Origin: Sneathiella sp.
GTDB lineage: Bacteria; Pseudomonadota; Alphaproteobacteria; Sneathiellales; Sneathiellaceae
DNA length: 64,000 bases
Reading direction: 5' to 3'
Assembly: GCA_017643685.1 (NCBI GenBank)
Contig: JAEPMY010000002.1
Coordinates: 905 to 64,904 of the forward strand
Below are positions 60,032 to 64,000 of the stretch, piece by piece. Each line of letters begins with the position of its first letter. Position 1 is the stretch's first letter. The notes under the pieces were generated by a model, which saw nothing but the letters and a program-made list of their open reading frames with translations, made no database searches and had not been told where the DNA came from. The position numbers and the translations under genes are program-made.

Positions 60032-60061
60032 ACACCTTGCCTCGTTGTTTGTTTGATAAAC

Positions 60062-60112
60062 TTAATATGATACATAATTTTTAAAATATCAACACAAAAC
60101 GTATCATATTAA
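60062..60112. repeat. 12-bp perfect inverted repeat TTAATATGATAC ... GTATCATATTAA (27-nt spacer) upstream of paaA
   Basis: Read directly. The arms are at 60062..60073 and 60101..60112, which is 31 to 81 nt upstream of the paaA start codon. Confidence 0.5.
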
Positions 60113-60177
60113 AAACTTCCTGCTTTTCGGTGCATTTTTTTCTTGTATGGTAGCGTTTGATGCATATTCTGCCCTCA

Positions 60178-60193
60178 CCAAACGATCGTTTGG
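60178..60193. promoter_or_regulatory. 16-bp perfect palindrome CCAAACGATCGTTTGG, candidate PaaR-type operator
   Basis: Read directly in the paaA/can divergent region. Its inner 14 nt, CAAACGATCGTTTG, fit the CNAACGNNCGTTNG consensus I recall for the TetR-family repressor PaaR. Confidence 0.45.
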
Positions 60194-60220
60194 GATGGAG
60201 ATTAAACTGGGGAATCTGAA

Positions 60221-60859
60221 ATGACGAAAATCACTCCGGAAGAGTTGTTTGAAAGAAACAAAAAATGGGCATCCAAGAAGCTGTCTCTTGACCCGGACTT
60301 TTTCAACCGATTACGCGACATTCAGGAACCCAAGTATCTGTGGATCGGCTGCGCCGACAGCCGCGTACCAGCCAATGAAATCGTGGACATGGATCCGGGT
60401 GAATTATTTGTGCACCGGAATGTGGCCAATGTTGTACCGCATAGTGATGCGAACTGCCTCGCGGTTATTCAGTATGCGGTTGAGGTCCTGAAAGTCGAAC
60501 ATATCATCGTCACCGGGCATTATAACTGCGGTGGTGTGCGTGCGGCGCTTGGCGATCAGGATCACGGACAGATTGATAACTGGCTTGCCAATATCAAGGA
60601 CGTGCTTCGCAACAATTTTGACGAAATCAATGCAATCGATAACGTCGATGATCAGGTCGACCGCTTGGTGGAACTGAATGTTGCACAGCAAGTTAAAAAC
60701 GTTGCGAAGACTTCTATTGTTCAAAACGCATGGCGCAAAGGTCAGGAGCTTACTATTCATGGCTGGGTTTACAGCCTGCAGGATGGTCTGATCCGTGACA
60801 TGAATGTGGATATGAATTCGATCGACCAGATCCACCCAGCCTACCAAATTCATACCTGA
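60221..60859 (+). CDS. can: Beta-class carbonic anhydrase
   Basis: 212 aa with zinc ligand motifs WIGCADSRVP and GHYNCGGV. Confidence 0.92.
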   Translation: MTKITPEELFERNKKWASKKLSLDPDFFNRLRDIQEPKYLWIGCADSRVPANEIVDMDPGELFVHRNVANVVPHSDANCLAVIQYAVEVLKVEHIIVTGHYNCGGVRAALGDQDHGQIDNWLANIKDVLRNNFDEINAIDNVDDQVDRLVELNVAQQVKNVAKTSIVQNAWRKGQELTIHGWVYSLQDGLIRDMNVDMNSIDQIHPAYQIHT

Positions 60860-60885
60860 TTTATCTCCTTACAGAGATTTAAGCC

Positions 60886-60917
60886 GGGGTCGCCTCAGGC
60901 GACGACCCTGGTTTTTT
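60886..60917 (+). terminator. Probable intrinsic terminator of can, overlapping the 3' end of the convergent GntR gene
   Basis: An imperfect GC-rich hairpin, GGGGTCGCC-tca-GGCGACGACCC, is followed by TGGTTTTTTCA. Confidence 0.45.
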
Positions 60918-61641
60918 CATTCTGCAAATCCAAGATGGCCTCGTGATCACGTACCGCGAGCGAGCGAACGGCACTCACTGCCGCCTCCACATCTCCATTT
61001 CGAATTTTATCGAAAATCAGATAATACCATCTCAGATTAAAATCAGCCACAGCCCCCTCTAACCGATGCCGATTATAATGGTAATCAAGCACCAGCTTGA
61101 CCACATTTGCTTGCGTCCTCAAATATTCATTTCCACATCGCTCCATCAGAAACATGTGAAATGAAACCCTCAGCTCATGCAGTTTAACGACATCTCCCGC
61201 TTGGTCCGCCCGCTCCATCTGACGCAATGATATCAACATCTGCTCAAGATCCGTATCCGTGACATTATTCTGAGTGAATAATTTCGCAGCTTCCGGCTCA
61301 ATCAAACGTCTCAACTCGGACAGGTTACGGACTTTCTTTTCTTCTAATGCCGTAGGGTCGTGCCACGATAAAACATCCGGATCACAAAGGTTCCAATATT
61401 GCTGCAACCGAACATGTGTGCCCGCACGCTGCCGTGCTTCTAACAAACCTTTGGCAGATAAAACACGCAAAGCTTCACGTATTGCAGTCCGGCTCCCGTG
61501 GAAGCGCTCAATGAAAACGGTTTCGTTTGGCAATCTTTCACCTGGTTTAAAGACCCCTCTCACGATGTCCTTGCCAAGTTCATGGACCACCCGTCCATGT
61601 ATACCCGTTGTCGGATACTCTCTCGAAATAGTTTGCAACAT
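60895..61641 (-). CDS. GntR family transcriptional regulator, FadR subfamily (FCD domain)
   Basis: 248 aa with a winged HTH (LPNETVFIERFHGSRTAIREALRVLSAKGLLEARQRAGTHV) and an all-helical FCD-like C-domain. Confidence 0.85.
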   Translation of the reverse strand: MLQTISREYPTTGIHGRVVHELGKDIVRGVFKPGERLPNETVFIERFHGSRTAIREALRVLSAKGLLEARQRAGTHVRLQQYWNLCDPDVLSWHDPTALEEKKVRNLSELRRLIEPEAAKLFTQNNVTDTDLEQMLISLRQMERADQAGDVVKLHELRVSFHMFLMERCGNEYLRTQANVVKLVLDYHYNRHRLEGAVADFNLRWYYLIFDKIRNGDVEAAVSAVRSLAVRDHEAILDLQNEKTRVVA

Positions 61642-61780
61642 TTTTACCCCCCATGCTGCTTCATTTCTCGTTTAGGTTATAACACTCCTTACTACTTCCA
61701 GTACCAGAATGATGATTATCTTTCACAATTTAGTTTTCAAGAAAAAACTTATATATTTACAAATTAAATTAGGACAATCG

Positions 61781-62668
61781 TCATAAGTCGACATTCTCTG
61801 CCCACGGTATCGAACTTTGCGCACCAGCCCGCATACAGGCTAATCCAGCACCTTTAGTTGCATAGATAACCGCATGATTTAATGGTTTCTGTTGATCTAA
61901 CGCAGCCGTAAAATAACCCGTAAAGCAATCTCCAGCAGCGGTTGTATCGACAGCCTTCACCCGCATAGCGTTAATATGAATTATTTCTGTTCCCATCGTA
62001 TAAAATACGCCTTTATCGCCTAGCGTGAGAATACAGGTAACGTGAAGTTCTTCAGATAAGTAGAAGCACTTATCCCGCATTTCTGCGGCTGCCCCCCCTA
62101 AATGCGTGACCAGATTCGTGGCCTCTGTCTCGTTCACGATCAAATAGTCGATATTCGCGAACGCGCTTCGATCCATCGGCGCATAAGGGGCAAGGTTCAA
62201 TACTGTTTTGGCGCCATACTCTTTCGCGATGGCAGCAGCCTTAATCACTTCCTCTTGCGGGATCTCCATCTGTAGCGCTAAAAAGTCGCCTTCGCTTAAG
62301 GGGGTATCGCGAAGTTGATCAGCGGTGACCAGATTATTTGCGCCGCCATTAACAATGATGGAATTTTCGGCGCTGTCATCTACCCAGATTGACGCGGAAC
62401 CGGTTGGGAGGTTCGTGGTCTTCACCCCCACCACATTCACTTCATCCTGCTCCAGAAGAGAGAGCGCCACTTCACGGTTGGCATCATCCCCTACCGCGCC
62501 CAGCATAATCACCTCTGATCCGGCGCGGCGTGCGGCAAGCGCCTGATTGCCTCCCTTACCGCCTGGCACCTGCAAATATCCGTGCCCCATTCGGGTCTCC
62601 CCCGGTTTGGGAAGCTGATCCACCTGATACACCTGATCAACATTGATGGAACCGAGGACAATAATCAT
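61781..62668 (-). CDS. rbsK: Ribokinase (PfkB family)
   Basis: 295 aa with GSINVDQV, PGGKGGNQA and a C-terminal DTTAAGDCF anion-hole/catalytic Asp motif. Confidence 0.88.
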   Translation of the reverse strand: MIIVLGSINVDQVYQVDQLPKPGETRMGHGYLQVPGGKGGNQALAARRAGSEVIMLGAVGDDANREVALSLLEQDEVNVVGVKTTNLPTGSASIWVDDSAENSIIVNGGANNLVTADQLRDTPLSEGDFLALQMEIPQEEVIKAAAIAKEYGAKTVLNLAPYAPMDRSAFANIDYLIVNETEATNLVTHLGGAAAEMRDKCFYLSEELHVTCILTLGDKGVFYTMGTEIIHINAMRVKAVDTTAAGDCFTGYFTAALDQQKPLNHAVIYATKGAGLACMRAGAQSSIPWAENVDL

Positions 62669-62699
62669 GGGTAAACTCCGTGTTTAAGACGGATGCAGT

Positions 62700-63539
62700 T
62701 TAACCCCGGCTAGTGCCCCCGGCAAATACCTCTTCACGGATTAGCCGGTGGGTGAACATCAAAAACAAGATGCCCGGCAGCGCCACAATCAGGGTAAGCC
62801 CGGCGGATACCGGATCAAGTGAGCCACCGCCACTCAATTTAGAGAATAGAATAGTCGCGAGGGTCTCCACCTGTCCCTGCCCCATATAAAAGGTGAGCAG
62901 AAAGATATTGGTTGAGATTAAGATGGCAAACAGCGCTGCGGCCATAACTCCGGGCAAAATGAGCGGAAACTCAACATGAATAAACCGCTGCAAAGGCCCT
63001 GCACCAAGCAAAGTTGCCTGATCCAGCAGACTTTCATCCATTTCGGAGTAAATGCCCGTCAAAACCCGAATAAGATAAGGCAACACCGGAACCAGATGCG
63101 ATAGGATAATCGCAATTAATGTTCCCTGAAGACCTGTTTGGGTGAAGATCAAATAAATCCCGATGCCCGTGGCAATTTCAGGAACAATGAGAGGACTGGC
63201 GAAAAAAAGCTCCATCACGGATTTCCCCTTGAACGCCTGTCGCCCCAATACCCGTGCTGCCGGAATGGCAAGCGCCAATGAAATCAGTGTAACAGCCCCC
63301 GCGATCAACAAAGTGTTCCCCATTGCCGGGATAATGCGAGAGACCGGATCCAGAATATAATCCCATGCAAGGGGCGTGTAGACCTGATCACGTTTCTCCC
63401 ACCACCAGATAGACGGTAATAGATCCGGCCACCCCCAACGAAAGGCCACAGATGAGATCCCAAGCGGAATAAAAGGGCCCACAATCATCAACAGAATGAA
63501 ACTGAGCAGGAGTTTACCGGTGAGTGAGAGCCGCCTCAT
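62700..63539 (-). CDS. ABC transporter permease (binding-protein-dependent, MetI-like)
   Basis: 279 aa with 6 TM segments and an EAA-type loop DESLLDQATLLGAGPLQRFIHVEFPLILPG. Confidence 0.85.
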   Translation of the reverse strand: MRRLSLTGKLLLSFILLMIVGPFIPLGISSVAFRWGWPDLLPSIWWWEKRDQVYTPLAWDYILDPVSRIIPAMGNTLLIAGAVTLISLALAIPAARVLGRQAFKGKSVMELFFASPLIVPEIATGIGIYLIFTQTGLQGTLIAIILSHLVPVLPYLIRVLTGIYSEMDESLLDQATLLGAGPLQRFIHVEFPLILPGVMAAALFAILISTNIFLLTFYMGQGQVETLATILFSKLSGGGSLDPVSAGLTLIVALPGILFLMFTHRLIREEVFAGGTSRG

Positions 63540-64000
63540 ACCCGCCCCCGCTTTCGTTCATATGCACGGTATAGACTGAGATAGACCAGCAGACAAAGGC
63601 CAGAGATCACACTCACTAGTGTCACAATCGCCATTGCCTTGGGACGGTTGGTGTAATCCGGGTCATCAAAAAGGCGCCAAGCCTCAACGGTTAAGGTATT
63701 GGGATAGCCTGCCCCCAGAATATACGGCACCTCAAACGCCCCAAAATTGAACGCAAAAACAATCAGGCTGCTGCTCACAATGGCGGGGATTAATCGCGGT
63801 AAAGTGACATGCCATAAAATCTGGACGCGATTAGCCCCAAGCAGAAGTGCACTTTCCTCTGGCTCCCGGCTGAGAACCAATAAATGCGCATATAGAACTA
63901 CGGTCATAAAGGGGACCTGTTTCCACAAATATACCAGCATAATTCCCCAACCTTCTGCCGTTTGCAAAAGCCGCGGAAAGTCGGACGGGCGATCGATGAT
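63536..64000 (-). CDS. ABC transporter permease, C-terminal part (5' end outside the window)
   Basis: EAA-type loop EESALLLGANRVQILWHVTLPRLIP. The ORF track starts it at an internal TTG (63967). I checked that the frame stays open to position 64000 (...IIDRPSDFPRLLQTAEGW). Its stop overlaps the next permease start. Confidence 0.8.
   Translation of the reverse strand: MIDRPSDFPRLLQTAEGWGIMLVYLWKQVPFMTVVLYAHLLVLSREPEESALLLGANRVQILWHVTLPRLIPAIVSSSLIVFAFNFGAFEVPYILGAGYPNTLTVEAWRLFDDPDYTNRPKAMAIVTLVSVISGLCLLVYLSLYRAYERKRGRV

Noticed and set aside
1-64000. I searched for CRISPR arrays, tRNA/rRNA genes, IS elements, integrases, phage genes, and known defence modules such as RM, CBASS, retron or TA.
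   Set aside because: I found no direct-repeat/spacer array, no transposase, integrase or reverse-transcriptase-like ORF, and no cloverleaf-like conserved tRNA segments in the few intergenic gaps. The only nuclease-like candidate is the DUF1853 protein, which is reported separately.

Overview
This is a densely coded, mostly core chromosomal segment. Its gene order and protein architectures point to an alphaproteobacterium: dusB-ntrB-ntrC-ntrY, a fused ispDF, an ftsB-pdhA-pdhB-pdhC-lpdA-lipA block, and a PDH E1-beta with an N-terminal lipoyl domain. That assignment is an inference. GC looks close to 50 percent by eye. I recognised no rRNA, tRNA, CRISPR array, transposase or integrase.

Left to right, the window contains:
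- ntrY (partial), ntrC, ntrB and dusB
- ispDF, pgpA and a cinA-like gene
- a GFA-family protein and a RatA/COQ10-like protein
- lipA, lpdA, pdhC, pdhB, pdhA and ftsB
- an 822-aa sensor protein with a degenerate kinase core plus REC and Hpt domains
- a TetR regulator and the iorAB-type molybdenum hydroxylase
- a luxP-like gene with an overlapping hybrid sensor kinase
- a CoA-transferase and an MFS transporter
- a TetR-controlled acyl-CoA ligase / enoate-type reductase / FadJ cluster
- a frameshifted htpX and a small His-motif membrane protein
- alaS
- a co-directional MoxR, VWA(CoxE-like), TauE, DUF1853 cassette
- a complete 13-gene Tad/Flp pilus locus
- a 415-bp AT-rich control region
- a two-glycosyltransferase islet
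- paaABCDE, a beta-carbonic anhydrase, a GntR/FadR regulator, ribokinase and two ABC permeases (the last one partial)

The most notable observations are:
1. A convincing LuxP-type AI-2 receptor, with all ligand-contact residues conserved, sits in a non-Vibrio context. It is paired with a LuxQ-like sensor carrying a different transmitter core.
2. The Flp pilin has an unusual acidic (Gly-Ser)5 C-terminal tail and lies next to an orphan glycosyltransferase islet.
3. The MoxR-VWA-TauE-DUF1853 operon has no explained function.
4. One sensor is a pseudo-histidine-kinase with REC and Hpt domains.
5. htpX is split by a +1 frameshift.
6. A perfect PaaR-consensus palindrome lies next to an isolated paaABCDE oxygenase operon.
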